NCBI GenBank assembly: GCA_963823035.1
Contig: CAWGKG010000014.1
Coordinates: 352,001-416,000, forward strand
Source of the DNA: an uncultured Gemmatimonadales bacterium
GTDB lineage: Bacteria; Gemmatimonadota; Gemmatimonadetes; Longimicrobiales; Gaopeijiaceae
Reading direction: 5' to 3'
Length of the DNA stretch: 64,000 bases
Numbering within the stretch: position 1 is the first letter of the stretch; each line of letters starts with the position of its first letter. The translations under genes were made by a program, and so were the position numbers. The notes beneath the pieces are model-generated. The model was not told the origin of the DNA and made no database searches. It worked only from the letters and a program-made list of their open reading frames with translations. Below are positions 15,608-26,065 of this stretch, in pieces.

Positions 15608-17775
15608 TGGGGATCCCGCGCCGCGCCCTCCTGACCCTCGGCATGCTGGCCGCCGCGCTCACGCCGCGGTCGGCGCACGCCCAGATCCCGTACTACGTCT
15701 TCGACGACCACACACAGGTCGGCTCGATCCGCTTCACTTTCCCGGACGGGAGGACCTTCCCGGACGACCGGCTGCTGGAGCACATGGTGCTCGGTGAGCC
15801 GAGCTGGCTGTCGCGCGTGCACGGCGTGCTCGCCTTCCTCCCCCTCGTCTCGAATCCGGCGGCCCACCCCTTCACGCCGCTCGACCTGCAGCGCGACGTC
15901 GCCCGCCTGCGCCGCTTCTACGCCGAGAGCGGCTTCCTGGGCACGGACGTCCGCTACGAGGTGGGCTTCGACCCGAACGACAACCGGGTGGCCATCGACC
16001 TGATCGTGACGGAGGGCCGCCCGATCCGCGTGCGCACGCTCTCGATCACGACGCCCGACGGCGGCGACCCGGCCTCGGACCTCGACGACGCCCTGGCGGC
16101 CGAATGGCGGGCTTTCGCAGAGAGCCACCAGGACCCGATCGGCGACCGCTTCACGGAGGCGACGCGCGCGCGCCTGGTGGGGGACGTGCTCAACTGGTGG
16201 ATGAACCGCGGATGGGCCTTCACCCAGGCCCGCGCCGAGACGGTGGTGGACTCGACGGCGGCCGCGCTCGACCTCGACGTGCGCGTCGATCCCGGCCCCC
16301 GCACACGGGTCGACGCCATCGAGACCGACGGCAACCACCGTGTCTCCGACGACGTCATCCTGCGTGCCCTGCCCTTCCACACGGGGGAGTGGTACTCCTC
16401 CGAACAGCTCGCGGCCGCACAGCGGCGCCTCTTCGCCCTCGACCTCTTCCGGCTGGTCCTGGTGGACGTTGTGCCGAACCAACCGCGCGACTCGACGGTG
16501 GCGGTGCGCATCCGCCTGGAGGAGACGCCGCCCCGCCTCTTCACCGGGGAGTTCGGCTACGTATCCGCCGGAGGCGGGCTGACCGGCCACGCCGCGTGGG
16601 CCCATCGCAACTTCATGGGCGGTGCGCGTACACTGAGCACGACCGCCACCCTCCAGACCGGCGTGCTGTCGCTGGCCGAGAAGCCCGCGCGCGAGTACGG
16701 CCTCAGCGTGTCCTACCGGCGACCGTTCACCTTCCACCCCCGTGTCACGCTCAACGTCGCGCCCTACGGGCGCTACCGGGACAACGTCGTCGATCGGTCG
16801 TGGGAGATCGGCAACGAAACGACGTTCATCTACGAGCTGGGCCAGTACCGTTTCCTCACCCTCCAGCACCGCTACTCCTCGCGGCGGGTGCTGGACTATC
16901 GCCTCGGCTCGGCCAACGCCATCGACCTGGCGACGCTCCTCCATCTCGCGGGGGAGGGCGCCCTCGACTCCCTCTCGAACCGGATCGAACGCAGCAGCTT
17001 CAGCCTGTCGGGCACCATCGGCCGGTTCGATCCGACGTCGCCCGCCCAGGTGCTGCAGGCCCGTCCAACGGTGGAGGTCACCACGCCGGCCGCGCTCAAC
17101 ACGATCGAGTTCACGCGCATCGACGTGCCCCTCCTCGGATACCTCCCGCTCGGGCACGGCTTCGCGCTCGCGGCGCAGGCTCGTATCGGCCGGGTGTATC
17201 CCTTCGGGAAGACCCTTGCGGGTGACGACGACGGGCAGGCGCTGATCCGGGCCGCGCAGCTCCGCGACGTCCTGCTGACCGCCGGGGGCACGGGGAGCGT
17301 GCGCGGATGGGGAAACGGCCTTCTGGGGCCGAAGTTCCCCAACCTCGTCTTCACCGGATTGGCTGCCGTCGACACCGCGACGGCGGTCACGGACGGCTAC
17401 GTGCCGGCGGGCGGGCTGGCGCGGGCAACGACTTCCGTCGAGGTGCGCACCCCCTTCCCGGGGCTGTCGGAGCGGTGGGGTCTGCACGCCTTCCTGGACG
17501 CGGGCCGGGTCTGGACCCCCGACGTCCGCTTCCGCGGCGAAGACCCCTACGGGGAGCAGGGTTGGTTCTACGCGGCAGGCGGGGGCGTCGACGTTTCGAC
17601 GCTGGTCGGGCCCATCCGCGTCAGCGTCGGCTACAAGCTCAACCCCTCGCCGCTCGACGTGCGCTCGGCGCAGGACATCTTCCAGGCCCTCTCGGAGGGC
17701 AGCCCCATCACCTCCATGCCCACCGACTGGAAGCGCCGCTTCCACATCCACGTCGCGCTCGGCCAGAGCTTCTGA
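15607..17775 (+). CDS. BamA/TamA (Omp85) family outer membrane protein
   Basis: Signal peptide, POTRA-like repeats (FYAESGF; LFALDLF), AGGTGSVRGW loop-6 motif, FLDAGRVW, C-terminal HVALGQSF; TGATG coupling to tamB. Confidence 0.9.
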   Translation: MGIPRRALLTLGMLAAALTPRSAHAQIPYYVFDDHTQVGSIRFTFPDGRTFPDDRLLEHMVLGEPSWLSRVHGVLAFLPLVSNPAAHPFTPLDLQRDVARLRRFYAESGFLGTDVRYEVGFDPNDNRVAIDLIVTEGRPIRVRTLSITTPDGGDPASDLDDALAAEWRAFAESHQDPIGDRFTEATRARLVGDVLNWWMNRGWAFTQARAETVVDSTAAALDLDVRVDPGPRTRVDAIETDGNHRVSDDVILRALPFHTGEWYSSEQLAAAQRRLFALDLFRLVLVDVVPNQPRDSTVAVRIRLEETPPRLFTGEFGYVSAGGGLTGHAAWAHRNFMGGARTLSTTATLQTGVLSLAEKPAREYGLSVSYRRPFTFHPRVTLNVAPYGRYRDNVVDRSWEIGNETTFIYELGQYRFLTLQHRYSSRRVLDYRLGSANAIDLATLLHLAGEGALDSLSNRIERSSFSLSGTIGRFDPTSPAQVLQARPTVEVTTPAALNTIEFTRIDVPLLGYLPLGHGFALAAQARIGRVYPFGKTLAGDDDGQALIRAAQLRDVLLTAGGTGSVRGWGNGLLGPKFPNLVFTGLAAVDTATAVTDGYVPAGGLARATTSVEVRTPFPGLSERWGLHAFLDAGRVWTPDVRFRGEDPYGEQGWFYAAGGGVDVSTLVGPIRVSVGYKLNPSPLDVRSAQDIFQALSEGSPITSMPTDWKRRFHIHVALGQSF

Positions 17776-17779
17776 CGGC

Positions 17780-18718
17780 TCAAGGTCCGACCTCCTCACC
17801 CTGCTCGGTCCCCTCGGCGTAGACCACCTGCCGCTTCACGCGTACGGCGCCTCGCTGCGGCACCACGGGATCTCCCTTCCGGCCAGCCCACGCCTCCGTG
17901 AACTCGGCGCCGAGCAGGAGGATGATCGAGCTGTAGTAGACCCAGAGGAGCGCGATCGCGAGGGAGCCGGCCGCCCCGTACACGTTGTTCAGGTCACGCA
18001 GGCCGAGGGAGTAGCCGATGAACAGCTTGCCGACCGTGAAGAGCACGCCGGTGAACACGCCGCCGACGAGCGCGTCCCTCCAAAGCACCACCGCGTCGGG
18101 CACGTAGCGCAGCACGACGGAAGCCAGCAGGCTGACCGCGGTGAAGGACACCGCGAGGTCCACCACCATCAGCGCCGGTGAGCGCAGCCAGGCGGGCACG
18201 ACGCCGCTGAAGATGTTCTGCAACGCCGAGAGGACCGTGCTGGCCACCACGGACACGAGGAGGAGGAGCCCCAGGGCGCCGAGCATCACGAGGGAGATCG
18301 CGCGCTTGACGAAGAAGGTGTAGATGTCGCTGCGCTTCGGGTCCGGCTGGACGCCCCACGCGGTGTTGAGCGCCGCCTGCAGGCTGGTGAAGGCCGCCGT
18401 GGCACCGAAGAGAAGAGCCACCGCGCCGACGATGGCCGCCGGGCCGGCGAACTCGGGACGGACCGCATTCTCGACGACCGTCACGATACGGCTCGCGCTC
18501 TCGAACCCGACGAACGCGGTCACCTGGTCCGAGACGAGGCGGCGTAGCTCGCCCGGCTTGACGAAGTGGTTGGCGATCAGGGCGAGCAGGCCCAACATCG
18601 CCGGCATGGCGAAAACGCTGTAGTACGACAGTGCCGCGGCCATGCGCGGGCAGTCGTCGGCGACGAACGCCGTGAGGACCCTCCAGATGAAGCGTCCCGT
18701 CGCACGGAGCGCGCTCAT
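17780..18718 (-). CDS. YihY/virulence factor BrkB family membrane protein
   Basis: DDCPRMAAALSYYSVFA; LQAALNTAW; YGAAGSLAIALLWVYYSSIILLLGAE. Confidence 0.93.
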   Translation of the reverse strand: MSALRATGRFIWRVLTAFVADDCPRMAAALSYYSVFAMPAMLGLLALIANHFVKPGELRRLVSDQVTAFVGFESASRIVTVVENAVRPEFAGPAAIVGAVALLFGATAAFTSLQAALNTAWGVQPDPKRSDIYTFFVKRAISLVMLGALGLLLLVSVVASTVLSALQNIFSGVVPAWLRSPALMVVDLAVSFTAVSLLASVVLRYVPDAVVLWRDALVGGVFTGVLFTVGKLFIGYSLGLRDLNNVYGAAGSLAIALLWVYYSSIILLLGAEFTEAWAGRKGDPVVPQRGAVRVKRQVVYAEGTEQGEEVGP

Positions 18719-18805
18719 GGCGAGGCGCGCCGCGCCGTCACGCTGGGCCGCGCATCCCGGTAGGTGAGCGCGCCTGCACCCTCGCGGAGGGGCGGAGGGG
18801 TGACG

Positions 18806-19015
18806 CTACGCGCTCGCGCCGGCCTCCGTCGGACCGATCCCCGTCGGGCCTTCCTTCCGCCTCGGCGAGTCGACCGACGATTCCACCCGACGCGCCATGC
18901 GCGCGTGCCGGCGCTCGCGAGCCCGCCGTGCGTGGAGTGCGGCCTTCTCGATCTCAGGCTCCTCGTGGCCGGGATGGCCCGCTCCCCAGATCCGGATGAG
19001 CTCGTTCCAATCCAT
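18806..19015 (-). CDS. Small hypothetical protein (69 aa)
   Basis: MDWNELIRIWGAGHPGHEEPEIEK..; G-rich SD (GGGGGG) upstream; sigma54-like promoter 129 nt upstream. Confidence 0.4.
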   Translation of the reverse strand: MDWNELIRIWGAGHPGHEEPEIEKAALHARRARERRHARMARRVESSVDSPRRKEGPTGIGPTEAGASA

Positions 19016-19143
19016 CGTCCCCCCAGGTCGGGCGATTGGTAGTGCGGCGGCCGTCGGAGAGCCAGCACGCGGACGCGCGCCCCACCCTCCGATCCAGGAC
19101 GCCGTGCGACGAACACCGCCGTGTCGTGAATGTACATTCTGGC

Positions 19144-19159
19144 TGCAAGGTCTATGCCC
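19144..19159 (-). promoter_or_regulatory. Putative sigma54 promoter (small ORF / yihY)
   Basis: Minus strand GGGCATAGACCTTGCA = GG-N10-GC. Confidence 0.55.
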
Positions 19160-19247
19160 TGGCCGGCGCCGCAACCCTCCCGCCTCGCTCACCCGCGTGC
19201 GGCGACGCTCCGGTAGGCCGAAGTGGGCGGGGCGCGGACCGTCGCAG

Positions 19248-21950
19248 TCAGCCGCCCGCCGCCTCCGCCCACCTCGCGTCGACCACCGCGAACGCGCCCG
19301 CCGGCAGACCGACGTCCGTCCGTACCAGGAGCTCTGCCGCTCGGGCGGCCCCGGCCACGTCCGGGAGCACGCCCTCGAGCCGAGCCACCGCGGCGGGTGC
19401 GGCGGCCAGCACGACACGGGCGAGCGGCGCGCCCAACGACCTCTGCGCTTCGGTCTTGAAGCGCCGGACGGCCCCGATCGCAGAGACGGCCACGCCGAAC
19501 GCACCCGGATCCTCCGCGCCGGGCATGCCGTCCAGCTCGGACACTCCCGGCCAGGGCGCCCGGTGGATGCTGGAGTACCCGGTGCCGGCCGCCGCCTCCC
19601 AGGACCAGATCTCCTCGGTCACGAAAGGGAGGAAGGGTGCGAGCAGGCGCACGATCACGGTCAGCGCGAGACGCAGCGTGGCGGCGGCCGACGCCGCACC
19701 CTCCCCTTCCCCACCGCGCAGCCGGTCCTTGACGAGCTCGATGTAGTTGTCGGCCAGCCCGCTCCAGAAGAAGCGCTCCGTCTCGGTGAGCGCCGTGGCG
19801 TGGTCGTACGACTCGAGCGCCGAGGTCACACGCACGATCAGCGCCCCCAGCTCCCCCACGAAGGCGCGGTCGAGCTCACGGGTGGGCGTCGCGGCGGGCG
19901 GCGCGGGCCACGTGTGCACGAAGCGCGCGGCGTGGAACAGCTTCGTCGCCAGCCTCGCGCCGATCTTCAGCACGGCCTCGTCGAACGTCGTGTCGACACC
20001 CAGCCGGGCCTGCGCCGCCCAATAGCGCACGGCGTCCGCCGAGTAGCGGTCGATCCACGCTTCGGGCGTGATCACGTTGCCGGCGCTCTTGGACATCTTC
20101 TTCCGCTCCGGATCACGCACCCAACCGCTCACGAGCACGTCCTTCCACGGAATCGAGCCCTCGTGCAGGAGGGACTGCACGATGGTGTAGAACGCCCAGG
20201 TTCGGATGATCTCGTGCGACTGCGGGCGCACGTCGAAGGGAAAGAGCGCCCGGTGGCGCGCGGGCTGCTCGGGCCATCCGGAGGTGATCTGCGGCGTGAG
20301 GGAGCTGGTGACCCAGGTGTCGAAGACGTCGGGGTCGGCGGTGAACCCTCCCGCACGGTCGCGCTGTTCCGCGCTCCATCCCGCCGGCACTTCGGCCATC
20401 GGATCGACCGGGAGCCGCGACGGGTCCGGTCGGATGGGTCGGCTCCACTCCGGACGTCCCTCTTCGTCGAGCGGGTACCACAGGGGGATCGGCACGCCGA
20501 ACCACCGCTGGCGGCTCACGCACCAGTCGAACTGGAGGTGCTCCGTCCAGTCGCGGTAGCGCGCCCCCGCGAAGGGCGGATGCCAGCCGACCCGGGCGCC
20601 CGCGTCCAGCAGCGCGGGCACCTGGTCGAGGAGGCGGACGAACCATTGGCGGCTGGTGAGGAATTCGAGGGGCTCGTCCCCCTTTTCGTAGTATTTCACC
20701 GCGTGCTCCAGGGGCGTGGGCCCGGCGCGCAGCGCAGGCGCCGCCGAGCCGTGCCGGCGTCTCTCCGCCCCGGATCCGGTCCCCGGCTCGCGCAGCATCG
20801 CGACCACCGCCGCGCGGGCCGCACGCACGGATGTTCCCTCGACCCGTGCGTACGCCGCGGCGGCCCGTTCGGGGTCGAGGCTCGCCGGCTCGGCCGTGAA
20901 ATCCACGCCCACCAGCCGCCCGTCCGCACCGAGGACCTGGCGGAGAGGAAGCCCCTCCTCCCGCCACCACTCGACGTCGGTCTGGTCCCCGAACGTGCAC
21001 ACCATGACCGCTCCCGTCCCCTTGTCCGGCTCCACCCTCTCGCTGGCCAGCACCGGCACCGGGACGCGGAAGAGCGGCGTGACGGCGCGGCGTCCCACCA
21101 GGCCCGTCAGACGCGGATCGTCCGGGTGCACCATCACGGCCACACAGGCGGGAAGCAGCTCGGGGCGCGTCGTGGCCACGACGAGCTCGCGAAGGGTCGG
21201 GGACCCGTGGGCCGGCGCGGTACCCTCCGCCTCCCCGTCTCCGCCGAGGAGCTCGAACGCGATCTCGTGCATCGCCCCCTTGGTCGGGCGGTCCTCGACC
21301 TCCGCCTGCGCCACGGCGGTGCGGAAGCCCACGTCCCACATCATCGGCGCCTCGGCCATGTAGGCGTGGCCGGCCTCGAGAAGGTGAAGAAAGGCGAGCT
21401 GCGCCACGTGCCGGCAGCGCTCGTCGATCGTGGCGTACTCCTGCCGCCAGTCCACCGACAGGCCGAGCCGCGTCCACAGGTGCTTGAAGGTGCGCTCGTC
21501 CTCCACCGTGACCTGTCGGCAGAGCTCGATGAAGGCCCGCCGGGACAGGGCGCGCAGCGCGCCGCCATCGCGAGGTCCCGACGGCTCGAGGTGTAGCTCA
21601 CCCTCCCAGGGGAGCGAGGGGTCGCAACGCACGCCGTACAGGTTCTGAACCCGCCGCTCGGTCGGAAGCCCGTTGTCGTCCCACCCCATCGGATAGAAGA
21701 CGTTGCGGCCCCGCATGCGCTGGAAGCGCGCGACGAAGTCCGTGTGCGCGTAGCTGAAGGCGTGGCCGATGTGCAGTCGGCCGGAGACCGTCGGCGGTGG
21801 GGTGTCGATCGAGAACGTGGCGTCGCGCGACGCGCTCGGATCGTAGTGGTGGACCCCCGACGCCTCCCATGCCTCCGCCCATCGGCGCTCGGTGGCCGAC
21901 GCGTCGTAGCGCTTCGGGATCGTGCCGGTGGTTTCCGTCGTCGAGCTCAT
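19248..21950 (-). CDS. valS: Valine--tRNA ligase, type-2 (archaeal/actinobacterial-like) subfamily
   Basis: IDTPPPTVSGRLHIGH; YPMGWDDNGLPTERRVQ; TTRPELL; GTGAVMVCTFGD; RPQSHEIIRTW; KMSKS; no obvious C-terminal coiled coil. Confidence 0.95.
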   Translation of the reverse strand: MSSTTETTGTIPKRYDASATERRWAEAWEASGVHHYDPSASRDATFSIDTPPPTVSGRLHIGHAFSYAHTDFVARFQRMRGRNVFYPMGWDDNGLPTERRVQNLYGVRCDPSLPWEGELHLEPSGPRDGGALRALSRRAFIELCRQVTVEDERTFKHLWTRLGLSVDWRQEYATIDERCRHVAQLAFLHLLEAGHAYMAEAPMMWDVGFRTAVAQAEVEDRPTKGAMHEIAFELLGGDGEAEGTAPAHGSPTLRELVVATTRPELLPACVAVMVHPDDPRLTGLVGRRAVTPLFRVPVPVLASERVEPDKGTGAVMVCTFGDQTDVEWWREEGLPLRQVLGADGRLVGVDFTAEPASLDPERAAAAYARVEGTSVRAARAAVVAMLREPGTGSGAERRRHGSAAPALRAGPTPLEHAVKYYEKGDEPLEFLTSRQWFVRLLDQVPALLDAGARVGWHPPFAGARYRDWTEHLQFDWCVSRQRWFGVPIPLWYPLDEEGRPEWSRPIRPDPSRLPVDPMAEVPAGWSAEQRDRAGGFTADPDVFDTWVTSSLTPQITSGWPEQPARHRALFPFDVRPQSHEIIRTWAFYTIVQSLLHEGSIPWKDVLVSGWVRDPERKKMSKSAGNVITPEAWIDRYSADAVRYWAAQARLGVDTTFDEAVLKIGARLATKLFHAARFVHTWPAPPAATPTRELDRAFVGELGALIVRVTSALESYDHATALTETERFFWSGLADNYIELVKDRLRGGEGEGAASAAATLRLALTVIVRLLAPFLPFVTEEIWSWEAAAGTGYSSIHRAPWPGVSELDGMPGAEDPGAFGVAVSAIGAVRRFKTEAQRSLGAPLARVVLAAAPAAVARLEGVLPDVAGAARAAELLVRTDVGLPAGAFAVVDARWAEAAGG

Positions 21951-21986
21951 AACGACTCCGAGTTCCACGAAAAAGGGCGGGGACGC

Positions 21987-22030
21987 TGTCAATGTCAACG
22001 TTTGACATCCGCTCCGGCGCACCCGAGTCT
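21987..22030. promoter_or_regulatory. Divergent promoter/operator with ATGTCAA-N3-TTGACAT
   Basis: Perfect 7-bp inverted repeat at 21992-22008; plus-strand TTGACA-N17-GAGTCT ends 7 nt before ATG 22038. Confidence 0.55.
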
Positions 22031-22037
22031 TGCACGG

Positions 22038-22712
22038 ATGAGCCACAGTGTTCGTCGGCACCTGCACGTGGAGATCGAGGCGTACGACGCCTCCATCCGA
22101 CGGTGGATCCCCGGCTACGAAGCGATGCTGGCCAGGGCCGCCCGGGAAGTCGCATCCGTGTCTCCCTCCCACGTGCTCGACCTGGGCGCGGGCACCGGCG
22201 CGCTCGCTGCCGCGATCCTCGCGCACGACGCGGTCGGCTCCGTCGAGCTGCTCGATGTCGACAAGGAGATGCTTGCGCGGGCACGCAACCGTCTGCGCGA
22301 CTTCGGCGAGCGCGCCCGCTTCACCGTCCGCTCCTTTTCCGAGCCCCTTCCCCCCTGCGACGCGGTGGCTGCTTCCCTCGCCCTGCACCACGTGCCGACC
22401 ATGGAGGAGAAGGCGGTGCTCTTCGGCCGGATCTTCGAAGCACTCCGTCCCGGCGGAGTGTTCGTGAACGCAGACGCGACCATGCCGGCCGACGAGTCGC
22501 GACGCGGGGCCGCGTTCGACGCCTGGGCCGCGCACATGGCGCGATCGGGCATCGACGACGCGCAGGCCCGCAGCCACTTCGCGGATTGGTCGGGCGAGGA
22601 CACGTACTTCCCCCTGGAGGACGAGCTGGATGCGCTCGCGGCGGCCGGCTTCGACGCGCGCAGCGTCTGGCGCGACGAGCCGTCGACCGTCGTGGTGGCG
22701 CGCCGCCCCTGA
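22038..22712 (+). CDS. Class I SAM-dependent methyltransferase (CmoA-like)
   Basis: YDASIRRWIPGYEAML; VLDLGAGTG; SLALHH; LRPGGVFVNAD. Confidence 0.9.
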   Translation: MSHSVRRHLHVEIEAYDASIRRWIPGYEAMLARAAREVASVSPSHVLDLGAGTGALAAAILAHDAVGSVELLDVDKEMLARARNRLRDFGERARFTVRSFSEPLPPCDAVAASLALHHVPTMEEKAVLFGRIFEALRPGGVFVNADATMPADESRRGAAFDAWAAHMARSGIDDAQARSHFADWSGEDTYFPLEDELDALAAAGFDARSVWRDEPSTVVVARRP

Positions 22713-22737
22713 TCGGGGCGCGGCCGCGCGGACCGGG

Positions 22738-23631
22738 TCAGGACCCGGCGGAGGCAAGTCGCTCGCGAACCTCGCGCATCCACCGCGTCACCGCGTTGCC
22801 CTCCGTGGCCTCCAGGGCCTCCCGGAGCGCGGGCAAGGCGTCGAAGGTACGCTGCCGGCCCGCCTCGATCAGGGCGGCGCGATCGCGGGCGCGGACCTTG
22901 GAGAACCCGGCCAGGTCGGGGTCGATGAGGACGTCGGCCTCCGCGAGGATCTCGTAGCGCATCTGGCTGTTCACGGCGATGTCGAAGGCGTTCGCCACCA
23001 CGTGCCGGAGGCTCTTCACCTCCTTGAAGGGGAGCGCGAAGCCGAGGCTCACGGCCACCACCAGCGGCGCGCCCATCTCCCGCACGGCACGGGCCGGCAC
23101 GTTCTCCACCAGGGCGCCGTCGACCAGCAGCCGTCCGTCGACCTCCACGGGCGCGTACACCCCGGGCACGCAGCAGCTCGCGCGCACCGCCTTCGCCGCC
23201 GGTCCCCGGTCGAGGACCACGCGTTCGCCCGTATTGACGTCGGTGGTCACCACGCCGAGGGGGATGCGCGCATCCTCCAGGCGGACGTCTCCCAGCGCCG
23301 TGCGCAGGATGTTCTCCAGCCCCTCGTTCGTCGCCACGCCGAGCCGGCCGAAGGGGGTGGCCCGGGTCATCGTGCCCCACCCCAGCTCGGCGAGGGCGGC
23401 GGCCGCGGCGGTGGCCGAGACGCCGAAGGCGGCGAACACCGCCGCGATCGCGCCCGAGCTCGTACCGGTGAGCCATCCGGGCGTCAGCCCCTCGTCTTCC
23501 AGCGCCGAGAGCACGCCGAGGTGGGCCAGACCGCGGACGAATCCGCCACCGAGCGCCAGCCCGAATCTCCCCGACCCGGCGGAGGCATGGCGCTCGACTG
23601 GCTTCTCGAGGGTTCCTGGGACCGTGCTCAC
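22738..23631 (-). CDS. Patatin-like phospholipase
   Basis: LALGGGFVRGLAHLG; GTSSG nucleophile; VRASC; LVDGA (DGG variant). Confidence 0.92.
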   Translation of the reverse strand: MSTVPGTLEKPVERHASAGSGRFGLALGGGFVRGLAHLGVLSALEDEGLTPGWLTGTSSGAIAAVFAAFGVSATAAAAALAELGWGTMTRATPFGRLGVATNEGLENILRTALGDVRLEDARIPLGVVTTDVNTGERVVLDRGPAAKAVRASCCVPGVYAPVEVDGRLLVDGALVENVPARAVREMGAPLVVAVSLGFALPFKEVKSLRHVVANAFDIAVNSQMRYEILAEADVLIDPDLAGFSKVRARDRAALIEAGRQRTFDALPALREALEATEGNAVTRWMREVRERLASAGS

Positions 23632-23899
23632 GCCTGCTCGCGGTGGAAGAGATCCATGTCGGTGGAGGGAGGGACCGCACCGACCCGACGAAGCATCGTC
23701 GCAACCCGTCCCCGCCGATAGGTGCCGTGGTTGACCCAGGGGGCGTACGCGTTGGAGCCCGCGGATCTCTTCGAGGCGCGTCCAGTGGGTCTCGGAAGTG
23801 GGCGTGCGTGGGATACGGCGTTCCCGAGAACGATACTCCTTTCCCCGAGTCGGGTGCCCGAGGGTCCGGCTCTCGCCAAAGGCGCCGCCACCCGGGAAA

Positions 23900-23945
23900 T
23901 GGCATGCGGATTGCTAACATTCGCGGCCGTGACACCGGTGTGTCA
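23900..23945 (+). promoter_or_regulatory. Sigma54 promoter plus downstream dyad TGACAC-N4-GTGTCA
   Basis: TGGCATGCGGATTGCT at 23900-23915, near-consensus -24/-12; palindrome at 23930-23945. Confidence 0.7.
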
Positions 23946-24005
23946 GGGGCGTAGCCCGCGCCCCACCGGCCGGTGGTGTTTTTCCATGCGCCCCAGGAGA
24001 CCACC

Positions 24006-24658
24006 ATGCGCGCCACCCTACCGCTCGCGGCGTTGCTCGCCTTCGCCGTGACCCCCCTTGCGGCCCAGTCCCCCGAGCTCTCCGCCGGGGGCCTGATCGG
24101 ATTTCAGAATGGCGTGAGCTTCCAGGCCTTCGGGACCGTGCGCAACCTCGCGCAGGGCCTCCCGCTCGCCTTCCGCATCCGTCTGGGGCGCACCGGCATG
24201 GATCCAGGGAGCCCGAGCGAGGCGAGGCGCATCTTCATCAACAACGCGACCAACGGGACCCCGGTCGAGAGCGGACGCACGTTGGACGCGGGGTTCGACC
24301 TGGTGCTCCCCCGCGGACAGCGGAGCAGCTTCTACGCGGGCGTACGCCGCACCTCCTTCCGCGCCAACTTCAAGTTCGTGGGTGGCAACGAGGACTTCGA
24401 CGTCACGACCACGCAGTGGGGGCTGGGCGCGGGCATGGAAGGCGCCTATCCGATGACGCGCAAGATGGACCTCGTCCTCTCCGGTGGCGCGGAGTGGTAC
24501 CGCGCTGCACAGCTGAAGGGGCACGACACGGTGTACAGCCCCGGTGGAGAGAGCGTGAATCCGCGCGAGGACTACACCTACAGCGACGCGGACAAGGCCG
24601 TGCACCAGCCCAAGCTGCGCCCGACCCTGATGCTGGGGGTCAGCTACCGTCTGGGCCG

Positions 24659-24662
<4 letters not shown>
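24006..24662 (+). CDS. Small outer membrane beta-barrel protein of unknown function
   Basis: RBS AGGAGA; signal peptide (..LAA-QS); amphipathic strands; ends [11 protein letters not shown]. Confidence 0.75.
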
Positions 24663-25954
<1,292 letters not shown>

Positions 25955-25966
25955 GGCTCCCACCCG

Positions 25967-25997
25967 AAAAAAGGCCCGTCCCTTCGGGGGACGGGCC
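25967..25997 (-). terminator. Intrinsic-terminator-like hairpin in the purA leader
   Basis: mRNA GGCCCGUCCC-CCGAA-GGGACGGGCC-UUUUUU, ending 12 nt before the purA ATG. Confidence 0.7.
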
Positions 25998-26021
25998 GCT
26001 GATTCCTGGTTCCTTCAGGAA

Positions 26022-26050
26022 AAGCTAGGGGGCCCCCCGGAGGGCGTCAA
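26022..26050 (-). promoter_or_regulatory. Sigma70-like promoter of purA
   Basis: TTGACG-N17-TAGCTT on the minus strand. Confidence 0.65.
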
Positions 26051-26065
26051 CGGATTCGACGGACG

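Noticed and set aside
10574..17799. Long antisense and alternative-frame ORFs (e.g. 10574..13381, 13385..15565, N-terminal half of 13762..17775)
   Set aside because: Arg/Ala/Pro/Gly-rich shadow ORFs expected in high-GC coding DNA; no recognisable motifs.
21951..22037. T-box upstream of valS
   Set aside because: The gap is only 87 bp and lacks the GGTGGNACC T-box motif.
23695..23720. Sigma54 promoter upstream of patatin
   Set aside because: TTGC is present but the -24 position reads CG rather than GG.
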